Positions 24,267 to 37,000 are shown, counted from the first letter of the stretch. The stretch: DNA of 64,000 nucleotides from Chrysemys picta bellii (GCF_011386835.1 NC_088793.1:143158001-143222000), one strand, 5' to 3'. Numbers and translations: made by a program. The notes: a model not told the origin generated them from the letters alone.

Positions 24267-27200
24267 AGAAAGCTAAATCCTGGCCCCTTTGAAATCAGTG
24301 GGAGTGTTGCCATTGATTTTAATGGATATCAGGGTTTCACACATGGGAAGGTAATGCCTCATGTTTGGAAAGTAATGAAAAAATAGTACTGAAATCTTCA
24401 TAAATTATCCCATCTTCTAATCAGGAAGAAACCAATAGGATTTACTGAGTCTGGCTCTAATACGACATCTGTAGTGCTCTTACGCTACAAGTAAAGGATA
24501 GAGAGAGATGCAGTGATGCTCACTAATATGATTATCATTTAATATTTATATTACTGTAGTTTCCATAAGAACAGTGTCCACCAATAATAATCTGTGCCCC
24601 ATTGTGCTGGGCTATGAACACTCATATATGAAGACACAGCTCTTCCCCAAAGAGCATGCAATGTAAGGAGACAATTGGTGCACTATGGATGAGGAAGATG
24701 GATACAATTTTATACAACTTTATGCATATCCTATTTCTGAAAAAAGTAAAGGATTAAAGTGAATATTTGTTATTAGTCACTCCACAGTATTATGAATAAT
24801 TTCCCTACATCTGTGATATGCAAGATACCACTGTGTATTAATTGTTGGATTCAACTAAAGGTTGAATTTTAATTAAGTTTGTGGATAATGTGTGCGCCCA
24901 AGTCAGCATATTTGAAGCCATTTGGTAAAAATCACATCTTTGAGAGTCTGATGACATATTCCAACCAGTCCAGGAAAGGTTTTACTACTAAATAATTTAG
25001 GATGTGATTTTCCCGAAGCACTCAAATGACTGACAATGAGACTAAATCACTCGAGTACCTTGGAAAAATCCCACCCTTCAAAGTCATATCCTGATTCATT
25101 GATTTTGAGCATGTTGATCTTGATTTTATTTTTATTAATTCACTGAGCACTTTATTTTTATAGGGAATGATCTTCGGTGTACTTTCCAGACATTGCAGGC
25201 TATCTTATGTCTCTCCTAATCTGGCTGTTTTCTGCCAAGCAGATAGTGTAATTAGCTTGTCCCTCTGAACTGTTTTCACAACATCCCAAGGGACATATGG
25301 GCTAATTTCTGCAGTATTGTTATAGAAAAAAATATTATCTTACAATATCTCCAACTGAGATACTAGGCCAGAAATCCTTTGCAGAAGCAGAATTTCACAA
25401 GCTTTCCCAGAGAGCTACAGATAAAGAAAGCCATATTTGGAGGTATTCATCAAAAGGGACTGAAATTGCAAACGTATACTGCATTAAACAAGCTATGTGA
25501 AATTAGTCAATAATACATGTCCCACTGGACAAAGGGGTGATTTAATGTGAGTTTCCTGAAAATGATTGTAACCGTGGAAATCACCTACATAATAAAATGA
25601 TATTTTCATGCTGCCAGAGTGAAAGTTACCCTCCTGCAAAGGCCTAAGCACCATTTAAGTCCCACTTATATCCTATTTTGAGGGTTTAAGTGGGAGTTAA
25701 GTGTAGTATAGGCCTAGTGCTTGCCCTCTGTACAGAACTGAATTGCACTCTAAGATGAGAATCACAGATAAAGGGCCATTCCTTGCTCAAGTAAACATCT
25801 CTTTGAAGACAGTAGAGACTTTTGCTTGATTGAGGAGCACAAGATTGGGTTTAAAATTAGTTTTGAGAATGTAAACATCATTAGATAAATCCCACCACAT
25901 GTACAATTTATGGTCATCTAATTACTGGTTGTACAGAAAAGGGCTCCTTCACATGGAATTTGTGGTTTCTCTGTGGAAATGATCAGAGGCAGATCATAGG
26001 ACTGTGTTGTTCATTAGAAACAGTCATTTTTCTCTATCTCTTATCACAGATGAATCATAAAAAGTATGCAGCCAGCCTCAACCTAGGCTCTATGAATACT
26101 AGACAATAAACTCCCATTCTGCCAAAATACAGTGAGTACTGCGAGCAACCAATGTAAGGACTGTCTACATCTGACTGCCTAAAATATAAGAACCAGTGTC
26201 ATATTAGAACTGGGAGCATACCGGGGGAAAAAACCATTGGCTTTACTCATTCAAATGAAAACCCCAAATTCACTTTGTATTTGCGACCCCTTTTATTCAC
26301 TCTTCACAAACACTTTTGCAAGAAAAATTTGTTCATATGAATTTTCCTCTGCTCTGCTCTCTGATGTAATTCCAGAGAAACTTCAATGGCTTCAGCAGGT
26401 TTAGACTGGTGAACAGAATTTGTGACAGCACTGTTTGATAAAAAATCTGATCAAGATTTGGTATTTGACTCAGCTAAGTATCTGTTGCTGTGGAAAGTTT
26501 TATTTTATTTTATCTTTTACATGGGAATACCAAATAGCAGGAATTCACTGTATCCAAAACATGAATAGGAAATAGTACGGTAAGAAGGAATAAACTCCCT
26601 TCCAAGGACACTGTCCTACTTACAGATCATCTCCATAGTTCTAAGCAAGTGACAAACATGCAAGTTTGAGAGCCTCAAAGCTTTGTATAAATGCCAAAGT
26701 TCCACAGTCTGAGTCCAACCCAGCAGAAAATTCCAAATGTTTCCAAGTTTAAAAGACAGTTTAGAACTGGGTACCTTTTTGTTTGGTACCAGAGATAATC
26801 CACCAGCACTTTAGGCATCAGTATTTCTGACACTGGTGCCAAACCACAGTTCATCTGCATAAAGAATTAGACTAATTTTTGCTAGAAAGAAAGAAATTAG
26901 TGAACTCCTAATGAGTTCTTTAAAAGGCAATTCAAAAATGCCAGCTCACAGGCAATGGCATGGCTGTGATTCATTGCTAGCTGCTCTTTATGAACAAAAC
27001 TCTGGCTAGCATTGCACAGAGGTGCATTTGAAATACTTTATAATCAGCAGCAGAACAGCAGGGTGGATGTTCAGCCACATTCCTTTGAATGTCAGAGAGG
27101 CTATGCTGCAGGCCTTCCATGAGAGGAGCTGTGAAGTCGCATGATGGGATGTGTCCTACATACAGGTGTTCCCAACCTGGCAAAAGATAGGCTCTAATTC

Positions 27201-27414
27201 AGGAAAGCACCTCAATGGCAATTGGATAGTGACTTAACCACCCTTCCTGGATAGGGATGCTTTCCTGAACCGGGGCTTCTATGCACAGTCCCATGCAGGT
27301 TTCCCCTTTTTTTAAACAGGAGACTAGATGGCAATAAGCTGTACATTGGTTTTGGTCTTGGCGCCATTAAAGCTGATTTTGTAAAGCATGCGCTGAATAA
27401 GTTTAATGCACAGC

Positions 27415-27872
27415 CCATGGCATAAAGTCACTTTCAGTATTTTAAAGGCCCGATCCCACTCATCCAATCACTGTGCTTTCCAAGGTTTCTCATCTCTTGT
27501 CACATCTACAAGGAGGACTGTGCTAGTGGTGAAGTTGGGCATGAAGCACCTGTAGAACCCACCCAACCCCCAAAATTGCCTGACTTGTTTTTTGGCTATG
27601 GGTATTGGATATTGGGTCAGGGCCTGTGTCTTGTCCACAAGTGGACATATACACTCACCTTCCACCAGATATGTGGTTTTGCTATTTCCAAATCTACATT
27701 TGGCTGGGTTGGCAGCCAGGCCAGCTTCAGCAATCAATTGTAGTACCACAGTGATGTGGTGGAGATGGCTGCCCCAGTCTGGGCTATATATGACTATATC
27801 ATCCAAATAAGCCATGGAGATATGTCCATGTGGAAGGAACACCCAATCCATTAACCTCTGAAAGGTGGCTGT
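27415..27872 (-). pseudogene. Gypsy LTR-retrotransposon pol fragment (reverse transcriptase and connection domain)
   Basis: ATFQRLMD...AYLDDIVIYS.DW.SHL.H...VL..I.EAGL.ANPAKC.FG...KKQVRQF.GL.GFYRCF.PNF; YLDD at 27798-27809; continues past a stop to ...RAFKILKVTLC. Confidence 0.95.
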
Positions 27873-27879
27873 AGTCAGA

Positions 27880-28518
27880 TGTTTGGCTGTGTGTGTGTTC
27901 TCTCTGTGTGCAGTCCCAGCTGTGCACAGATAGATGGCACAGCAGACCTCGAGCGAACCACCCAATGACCACAAGATCCATTAAGGTACAAAGGCACCCA
28001 GCCAGGTTTATTGTTGACAAAGCACAGTAATAGTATCTAGCAGACTCTACGAGGATACTAAGACATGTATGCCCATGACAATGGACGCAGCTCAGTGAAT
28101 GCCAGGACTTTCCATTCCCCCCTATGCTGGCCAAAGACAATCCCTCTGAGATACTTCTTTATACACTGATTGAAACAAGTTACATATTGCCCCTCTGACG
28201 TGGCTAGGTGCACTGGGAGCGCCTGCACAGACTCTAGTTCCTTACTTCTTATATGTGGTCTTTTCTCCTTGTGGGACTTCTTTAATCTCTCCCTGGGAGT
28301 CTGCTGCATGCCCCACAGGATCATGGTGAAGAGCTCCTGGATGGAAGTTACTCCTGAGGCTCCAGGAGTCCAAGTCCATCTCCTGCTCCCTCCCCATCCC
28401 CAAATGGACTGCAATTTCCTCCCTTTTAAAGGTCTCTTGCCTATGATACATGACTGACAAAGCTGGAGGGGTGGGGCTAGCCTTTTTCATCAGTGTGAGG
28501 TTTATACACCCCATCACA
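27880..28518 (-). mobile_element. LTR sequence directly upstream of the Gypsy RT fragment, possibly two joined LTR segments
   Basis: Minus strand starts tgtgatggggtgtataaacc and ends ...gccaaaca; TATA-like gtataag near 28160 and AATAAA near 28010 on the minus strand. Confidence 0.7.
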
Positions 28519-29887
28519 ATAGGGCTTAAAGATTTCAAAGCCCTTCAATGTGCTACAGTGTGGAAATAGATTAAAAAAAATCTGAGCTTTTTCGAAACTA
28601 AGTTTACACAGAATTTATTTGTTGAAAAATAATCTTTTTATAGTTCACTTAACTGGCTGGAACTTATATACGTTTCAAACGTAAACATTTTAATTTGCAC
28701 AGTGAACAGTTATTCCTGTTAAGAGGGAACAGGAAAAGTTGCGGGAACCTTTTTGACCATTGTCTGAGGTTTTCAGTGTATCTTCAAAGTAGATTTTAAA
28801 ATATTGTTGAAGACCCACTTGGCATGGGAGTGTATTTTAATTACTGCGACCATCTCCTGAAGGCGAATTCACCCATGAAAAAACATTACTTTAAAACATC
28901 TCATTCTGTGTCTGTTAGATATTAATGGTTTCCTTTGTTTCTATCACTTTAGAAATATCAATGCGATCATTAAGTGAACTGGAAGACAGTATGCTCACAA
29001 ATGGTCATTTTAGGGAAATGAGGTTGAAATATTTTTGTCACAAGGAGTATTATTATAATTTCAGGGGAAAATTTTTACAGCATGGCTTTTTGTCTCGCAA
29101 ATAAGCATTCAGCTTCATGCATAAAGTTATTCCTGTATCTTGCAAAATTGGGGTCTATTGCACTTCAAGTTGTATGACTATTCTGGGGAGAATGTCAGTT
29201 AATATCTCCATCACTTAAGCCATCTATATAATACTTTGTACTTGGTTCTTCAAGCGTATACTAAATATATTCATATAAAGAAGTTCATTTTCAGGAATTT
29301 ATCACTGGAACTATGGGAAGATATTCTCACCTCTGGCAATAATAGTGAAGAATTCCATTTCTGTGGTTCTAGGAAAAGATTTTATGAGAGTGCTTTGATT
29401 TCTTCCTTTCTGCTGATGCCAATAAAAAGCAGCATTTTTGTATGACAAACCACCAAGAGCAATTTATTTTTCTGGGTATAATCAGAATAATTCTGTATTT
29501 TTATCATGGGTGTGACCTGCTCTGTTTACTGTAAGACAATAATGGATTTTTTAAATGACTTAATTGTGTATTTTATCATGAGGTTGAAGAAAATTTAAAT
29601 GGTGCACATTAACTTAAATTATGAATACAAGATATATATTTTTATAAAATAAATCCATAAAATTCACATACGAGACTGATATTGTGTTCTTAATTTGTAC
29701 ATCTGGTCTTCTTAAGCCTTATTTTTATTTTACAATGTTCAATTTCACTGAAGTAACCTGGGACATTTTAAAAAACTGTTTAATCTTCCTGAGATTGTTT
29801 AACTAAGAATTACTGTGTGACATTTTCTGGCTGGTGTTATGCCAGGACATCAGACTAAATGATTGCAATGGTCCCTTTTCTGGCTGC

Positions 29888-29990
29888 CCAGAGTATGTCT
29901 ACACTGCAGCTCAGAGGTGAGATTCCCAGTGCTGACAGACAGACTTGAGCTAGCTCAACTTGAGCTAGTACACTGAAAATAGCAATGTGC
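29888..29990. mobile_element. PIF/Harbinger-type MITE, left half
   Basis: gagtatgtctacactgcagct start with internal palindrome cttgagctagctcaa; same type as 51608-51917. Confidence 0.5.
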
Positions 29991-30897
29991 AAGGGTTTCT
30001 TTTCTTTCTATTTTTAACCTTTAAAATATCAGAAATGTCAAATTTCATATTCCCTGGAGAACTCCTTGGAGGCCTCAGAGTGATACCAGGGCTGTGTTAA
30101 CTTGCTCTGGAATCTCTTTGGAGGGCTGTTAAAGAGATGATGTGCACCTGAATGCCCTTGCTCACATCCTGTCCTTGTGAGCCCTGAGAAGATACTTCTT
30201 GACCCCACAAAGAGCAAAGATATGTGGTCTTGAGAAGGGAGAGACAGCACAATGAAGGTAGATGACCCTTACTTCCATTTGGAAGGTTCACGAGCAAAGG
30301 ATCCTCTCTGTGCCTGGATCTAGGGAGAGAGACCTTGTTCTTGTTTAGGTAAAACTTTCTTAGTGAGGAATGCCTAAAGTGGCCTTCCAAGAGACTCAGT
30401 CACTGGCAAATTACACATGATCTCATTTACTTTATAGAATTTTACATGAACAATGATAGATCAAATCTTAGAAGAGAATAATTGTAGAAATAAATAAATA
30501 CAATTGTAACCACTGATCACATGGGACTATTTTTAAGCACATAGTCCACTAAGAGATATGCCACCACTTGTAATGATGCCCCCAGTCAGTCTGGACTGAA
30601 CCCAGAACCTTTGGGCAGCCCTATCAAAGTTAGCTACTTAACTGTTTTTTATGTCTTTGTTTGCAACGTTGTTGTAGCTGTGTTGGTCCCAGGATATTAG
30701 AGAGACAAGGTAAGTGAGGCAATATCTATTATTGGACCAATTGCTGTTGGTGAGTGAGACACACTTGTAAGCTCACACAGAGCTCTTCCTCAGGTCTGGG
30801 AAATGAACTCAGAGTGTTACAGCTAAATACCAGGTGGAACAGATTGTTTAGCTTCAATAGTTAACACATATTTCAAGGGAGCATTCAAGGTGACGGG

Positions 30898-31505
30898 TAT
30901 GATACCCAAGGTCTTGAACCCAGTCATGGGAGTCCCCACACAGTTGTTACCTCCTGGGCTCCACCATCAATGGCTACTGAACTCTGGTGGTCTGGAAAGC
31001 TGCTAGGAATATAGCCCCAGCCAAGGCACCACACACAGTCACTCTGATTGGAGGATTGTCCAGTCCAACTACATCATTTATGCCAGGAGGAGGAACAGGA
31101 TGTTTTTCCAAGCAAAAAGGTGGTTTCGTGTTGTGGCTGCAGTGGACCCTGCTTATGCCTGCCTTCTTTACTCAATCTGGTTCCTGCTGTGCTCCTGGAT
31201 CCACCCTTCACTCCTGTTCCCACTGTGCTCCTGCTCCATGCTTGATCCTTGCCTCTCCTCCTGCCCTTATGCCTCACCTCCAATTCTCAGTGACCAGCCC
31301 TGGCTCCGACCCTGGCTTCTGACATCTGACCCTGACTCTGGTTAATCTTTGGCTCTAATCCTCAGCTTCAATTCCTAGTTCTGACTCTGCTCGACGCCTG
31401 GCTCTGGTAGCTGGCAGTTGACTCTTGACTTTGTTCCCCCCCCCTGGATGCCAGCTCCTGCTCTGTCTACTAGGCCAGATCGCCTACATTGTGGTCCAAA
31501 CCAAA
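30898..31505 (+). mobile_element. LTR-like insertion inside the Penelope element
   Basis: Interrupts contiguous Penelope sequence; cggg|tatgata ... accaaa|ctgg (degenerate ends, 3/4 TSD); CT-rich ctgactctg repeats. Confidence 0.5.
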
Positions 31506-31689
31506 CTGGCTAATTAACACCTCTCCAGTCATAGGGAGGAAAGGAAGTGTGTGTGTGGGGGGTGGGGGGTGGCAGCCAGAGGGGATTGTTAGTGGGTTAC
31601 AGATTGTTGTAATAAACCAAAAATCCAGAGCATCTATTCAGTCTATGATTTTTAGTGTCTAGCAAAGACAATAAATGGGGGTTTTATTT

Positions 31690-32105
31690 CTGTATTGAAG
31701 CAGATTCTCTTGGGGGTATTCCGTGACGTGATCAACTTCTCTGATGGAGTGTCCTTGTTTGGTGAAGGCAGTTTTGAGTGTGTCAAGGTGTATATCCTGG
31801 ACTTTCTCCTCATAGCATATTCTGTGTTATTTGAGTGCCAGGCTGTAGATAAAGATTTCTTGGTGTGTTAGGGATGGTTACTGGATCTATGAAGGTAGGT
31901 CTAGTTTTCCGTGGGTTTCTTGTTTATAGTTGTCTGTAGGGTTCCATTGCTGAAGCTGATTGTGGTGTCCGAGAAGTTGATGCTGGTGGGGAAGTGTTCC
32001 AGAGAGAGTTTAATGGATGGGTGGTGATCGTTTAAGTCGTCTGTCAGGTGGATGAAAATATCATTGCTGCATCTCAGGTATATTAGTGGTTTCATGGTGC
32101 ATTTG
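31690..32105 (-). pseudogene. Penelope RT C-terminal (thumb) region, decayed
   Basis: KPLIYLRCSNDIFI...HPSIKLSLEH...INFSDTTI....GTLQTTINKKPTEN*TYLHRSSNHP matches the Penelope pattern KP..Y.RYIDDIF...HP.I.LS......I.FLDT......TT.Y.KPT...YLH..S.HP. Confidence 0.9.
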
Positions 32106-32109
32106 GCCA

Positions 32110-32184
32110 GAAACTTGGGTGTATGCAAGACAAATCAGACTCCAGAAAGGGGCACAGTAGTCTGGAAAGGTTGAGAGCACACTG
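32110..32184 (+). mobile_element. hAT-type MITE right end only
   Basis: ...cagtagtctggaaaggttgagagcacactg, a ggttgagaaccactg-like TIR. Confidence 0.55.
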
Positions 32185-32276
32185 CCTTAGCTGGTAAGAA
32201 TTGGCATAATTTCATAGAAATCAGTGGGGCTATGCTGATTTATCCAATCTGAGGATCTATCCAAAGTAGTTATATG

Positions 32277-32295
32277 CCCCCCCCCCCCCCCCCCC
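32277..32295. repeat. Poly(C) tract (C19)
   Basis: Direct reading; a G16 tract also occurs at 15495-15510. Confidence 0.9.
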
Positions 32296-32334
32296 GCCAT
32301 TCTCAGAGTGTCTGAGTGCATCACAATCTTTAAT

Positions 32335-32490
32335 ATAGTTATCCTCACAATACCCCCATGAGGTAGGGAAATACTATTATAACCATTTTACAGATGGGGA
32401 AATGAGGCACAGAGAGACTAATGGACTTGCCCAAGGACACACAGGAAGTTTGTGGTGGAGCAGGGACTTGAACCCACAAACTCAAGAGCC
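32335..32490 (-). mobile_element. CORE-type SINE
   Basis: ccattttacagatggggaaatgaggcacagagag...gacttgcccaaggacacacaggaag...gggacttgaaccc, the reverse complement of CORE plus B-box. Confidence 0.8.
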
Positions 32491-33375
32491 TGCATTATTG
32501 TCCAGATTCAGGAAAAGCTTACTATACTGTACCCATTTTGAGAATGAACTGGCAAGGGTGTAAGGTGAGATGGTTAAAGAAATGAACTCTCTTTTTGGAA
32601 AAGATAACTCTTTCTCTTGCAGAATGGTTTGCAAAACAGCATCTCTACCCTAGGATTCATGTTCTTCTTCAATAAGAAGCAGAAGCTACAAAAAAATGTA
32701 ATTTATAAGGAAACAATATACAGAGATTATTTCACCACTGGGAAGAGAGTAGCTATTTATCAAAACTTGCAACTGACTTCTTGGGACAATTTGTAAACAC
32801 CTAAAATGGCTTTAGATAAGTGTCAGCCTCCTTTAAAAGTAAGAGGGAAAAATAGTAAAAAGTGTTTCTTTGTATTGTTCCTGAAGTTATATGTCACCAG
32901 TGCATGTGAAACAGGTCACACGTTCACACACAGCTAAAGTTTTATTATAATGCTTTTCAGTTTAAATAGAATTGTTGAGAGATGACATGATATGTCACAT
33001 CTTATCACATCACACAGAATTATAATAGCTCAATAATATTGCATCACCTCAGACATGACATGATACAATCTGACAGGGCTGAGGTAACCTTACGTGACTT
33101 CATGTGTGTCTCAGAGATCAGTTCAGACATTTCAGCACTGTTTTTTGTTTGGTCGGTTGCTTTTTTGTTTGTTTAATTTGTAGAAGAAAGAAATACTTGC
33201 AATGGTGTTGTCTGTCTTCACATTTTGGAAGATGTTACCGTTTTACGTAGGGTGAAAGAAATGCAGGCCCTAGAAATGCCTGAGTGAGTTTTAAAGAGTG
33301 GAGAAATTCTTTTTGATGATGGAAAACTGAGAACTTATATAGCAGTAAAGGTCTCATCTCCAAGTACTTCTGGTC

Positions 33376-34827
33376 CAGTGGTGCAAGTACAGTGGTATGG
33401 TCCAGTATGTTGTACCAGTAAGATATTGATAGTTGGTATGGCGTATCAGAAAGACAGAGGAGAAGCCCACTCCTAGCTCCTCCCCCCTGCCATTACATGG
33501 AGCTTCCTCCCCTCCATCTGTAAAGCAGCCCTGCCAGAGGATAGGGTTGGGGGCAGTACAGCCGCCGGAGGAGCTGCTGGTATTCTGCTCCTTTCCCCAC
33601 TGGGAACTGCTGCGGGGAAAGGAGCAGAATGCTGGCAGCTCCTATGGCGCGGCTGTACTGACAAAGGAGACACAGCTCCGTGAAAGGGCAGGGGGCGGGG
33701 CTGAGGGCGGTACAACCACGCCAGAGGAATGGAGGGCATTCTGCTACTTTCCCCACTGCGGTTCTGGAGAGCCCTGATCTCCCGGGAACTGCAACTGCAA
33801 AAGGAGCAGAATGTGGGGCTGCCGGGCGGCCCCACACCGGCAGCTCCTCCGTTGCAGCCGTACCACTCCCAGGTGGGCCACCAGCCCATCCACGCAGCTG
33901 CATCTCCTGAATCCTTCTGCCTGGGGTCTGTACAGTAGAAGTCTCCGGCACAGTGGGAGGAGGACAGAGCCCCCCCCGCCCAATGTAACATGGAATGGAT
34001 GTGGATCATGGGGAAGGGCCGGGGAGAGCGCAGGGGTCCCAGGCTGGGGCCGGGGAGGAGTCATGTGGAAGGTCACTTGAGGAGGTCACATGCCCCCTGT
34101 TTGTGTCCCTCCCATGAGTGCAGCGTGCCAGCAAGAAATTATTTCTACTTTGTGACAAAGTTCTTCTATCTTGGTGGATCCTGCGCTTATTGGCGGATTT
34201 TCTTGCCTCAGAGATTCACCATGTGGGTTGGGGAACAGCCTAGAGACCTTCCCCTCTAGAAGAACCCACAGTCCAGGTCAATTGGGAGGTTTGGGGGGAA
34301 CCCGGGCCCGCCCTCTACTCCAGGTTCCAGCCCAGGGCCCTGTGGATTGCAGCTGTCTATAGTGCCTCCTGTAACAGCTGCATGACAGCTACAACTCCCT
34401 GGGCTACTTTCCCATGGCCTCCTCCAAACACTTTCCTTATTCTCACCACAGGACCTTCCTCCTGGTGTCTGATAACGCTTGTGCTCCTCAGTCCTCCAGC
34501 AGCACACCCTGTCACTCTCAGCTCCTTGAACCTCTTGCTCCCAGCTCCTCACACTCACACCACAAACTGAAGTGAGCTCCTTTTAAAACCCAGGTGCCCT
34601 GATTGGTCTGCCTTAATTGATTCTATCAGCTTTTTCTTAATTGGCTCCAGGTGTCCTAATTAGCCTGCTTGCCTTAACTGGTTCTAGCAGGTTCCTGATT
34701 ACTCTAGTGCAGCCCCTGCTCTGGTCACTCAGGGAACAGAAAACTACTCATCCAGTGACCAGTATTTTTGCCCTCTACCAGACTCCTGTACCCCACTGGT
34801 CTGGGTCTGTCACAACTTGCACCACTG
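33376..34827. mobile_element. Non-autonomous hAT element with perfect 8-bp TSD, GC-rich interior and an LTR inserted in its right TIR
   Basis: ttctggtc|cagtggtgcaagta ... tactt[LTR]acttgcaccactg|ttctggtc. Confidence 0.9.
34151..34814 (-). mobile_element. Gypsy-type solo LTR (664 bp) with 4-bp TSD
   Basis: actt|tgtgaca ... tgtcaca|actt; TATA-like tttaaaag on the minus strand near 34580. Confidence 0.9.
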
Positions 34828-35048
34828 TTCTGGTCCCAAGCAAATCCTGCCATATCGTCCCATAAACCAGCCACTCACTTTTGTGGTTAGGAAGACATTT
34901 CCTTTATGGACAGGATATTCTATAATTGTTCTCTGAAGCATCTGATAGTGCCCACTGTCGCAGAGTGTTGTTATATTCCAATGGCAGATTCCATTTCAAA
35001 TCAACCTTTGCATTCAACTGTGCAACTTTGTGAATGAAGCAGAGGGTA

Positions 35049-35158
35049 TCATAGAATCATAGAAGATTAGGGTTGGAAGAGATCTCAGGAGGTCATCTAG
35101 TCCAACCCCCTGCTCAAAGCAGGACCAACCCCAACAAATCATCCCAGCCAGGACTTTG
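35049..35158 (-). mobile_element. CR1 3' end with (CATAGAAT)n tail
   Basis: tcatagaatcatagaagattagggttggaagagatctcaggaggtcatctagtccaaccccctgctcaaagcagg. Confidence 0.85.
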
Positions 35159-36501
35159 TAAAGGTAGTGGCATTAAAAATGAGAATCCACTTGCTGCTGA
35201 GTGAGCAAAGTGGATTTTTTTCTTGCCTTTGTTCTGGTATTGCAAATTTTGTTGGTGATTTTTATTTCCTTTGTTGTGTGGTACATGTTCTCCATACACT
35301 TGGTCTCCAAAAGAGCTAAAAATGAAAATAATGAAAATAACCAAGAATAATTCACACATACAAGAGACTGAATTTTCTAAGATTTTTTACTCCGCATACA
35401 CCCAAGTAAATTCCCCCTTCCCCATGCCCAGAAACACATGATCCTGGGCTACATCCTCCTTTCTTCCCCGTCACCTCCTAATTTTATCATCCCTGCACGA
35501 TCTCCACACTCCTCACATGCACCACCCTCCCACCCAGCTCATTTCAGGAACCCCGGACACTTGTGGTGTATATTTATGCAGATATATACATAAGCAGAAT
35601 ATACAGACGTATTATTACAAACAATGGACTAAATCTTGGAGTGCTTCTCCAATCTTTCCTCAAGTAAATATCCCTATTGCCTTCAATGAAACCTTTGCCT
35701 CAGGGTGGGTTACAGGATTAGGCCTAATGTTTGCATAGTGCTTTAGGACTTGATCCTATATCTACTGAAGTCAATGGCAACACTCTCATTGACTTCAAAA
35801 TGTAGGAATAGGCCTTTAGAGAGTTACTTTTAAAATAATAATTTGTAAGGCTTGCCTTACAACTAAAAACAACACAAACCCCAAAGGCCAAAGTCATATG
35901 CTTTAATTGTTCCTTCAAGCCTGAACTTTAAATTGACTGGGTTAACTTACCATTGTTGTGTATTCCTATATGGAATTTTATTTGTTTTCAAATTAAGCAT
36001 CCTGATTTGTTGCAGTTTCTTGTACAGTACAAGTCAGAGAATGCTGCATATTACATGGTATTACCTCATCCTCCCTGCCCCAGCAATGTAATGAAAATGA
36101 AATATAGCTTTTCAACCCTACCCTAGAGAGAAGAATTTTGAATAAAAGAAAATGATCTTCCAAGCACCATCAAACAGTAATTTTGATCACAGTTACAAAG
36201 AACCATTCATATGTAACTTTATCTAAGAAAAGAATGATTTTTTCTTTCCATCTGAGAATATGATTGAGAATAGCAAGTGGATATAAAATGTTAAATTATA
36301 ATTAATATTCTTTATCTAAATGGCACCATTTAGTCACTGAATAAGCATACCTTTTTTTAAAAAATGTTTTATTCATATTAATAAAAATATCACATTATAT
36401 AAAAGTATTCAGTAGCAAACACTATAACCAGTTCTAAAGGAAATAATGATAAAACATGAGAGTAGAGCAAAACTTAGGATGGAATAATGGGTGAACACCT
36501 A

Positions 36502-36572
36502 GGGTGAAATCCTGGCCCCAGTGAAGTAATAGGAGTTTGCTATCGACTTCAATGGGGCCAGGATTTCACCCC
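36502..36572. mobile_element. 71-bp MITE with a perfect 19-bp inverted repeat
   Basis: gggtgaaatcctggcccca / tggggccaggatttcaccc; cta on both flanks. Confidence 0.8.
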
Positions 36573-36789
36573 CTAGAGGATAAGAAAACTAAAAACAAGA
36601 AGAAGAATGGGCATGTAAAGAACAAACTGACAAATTAACTTGATTTGTTTTTTAGAAAACAGAAATTCAGCACAAATGTTTATGCAATGGGGTAGGCAAT
36701 TGGCTAGATGCCGAATGGAATTTGGGCTGCATTTTCTGACATGTTGAAACCAGTTTACACTGAGGGTCAATTACAATTCATTCATGTCA

Positions 36790-37000
36790 CACTAGACAGA
36801 TATGTTGAATGCTGGTATTGCCACGATATGCCCTTTGGTTGACTGTTGCTTGTGGAGCAGGAAGAACCAGCATGGTGTGGTGGGATAACATTATCATGGA
36901 AACCTGAGACGGCCAGCAGTAATGTCAGACCTTCTGCATGAGGAAACAGACTTTCGTGGAGCTGTGTGTGAATTTGCACCAACCCACCAATGCCAGAATG
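36790..37000 (+). pseudogene. PIF/Harbinger (HARBI1-like) transposase N-terminal fossil
   Basis: RTSMVWWDNIIMET*DGQQ*CQTFCMRKQTFVELC resembles the Harbinger motif TS.DWWD.IV...WDD.QW..NFRM.K.TF.ELC; both stops fall at Trp positions. Confidence 0.75.

Larger units (their letters stand above)
30656..32108 (-). mobile_element. Penelope-like element, 5'-truncated and internally deleted, split by an LTR-like insertion
   Basis: Terminal gttgttgtagctgtgttggtcccaggatattagagagacaagg...; the element resumes at 31506 (ttaacacctctccagtcataggg); RT remnant at the far end. Confidence 0.8.

Noticed and set aside
33433-34259. Cluster of overlapping 110-178 aa ORFs on both strands
   Set aside because: They lie within the GC-rich hAT interior and LTR, where stops are rare. 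The peptides are low-complexity with no transposase motif.
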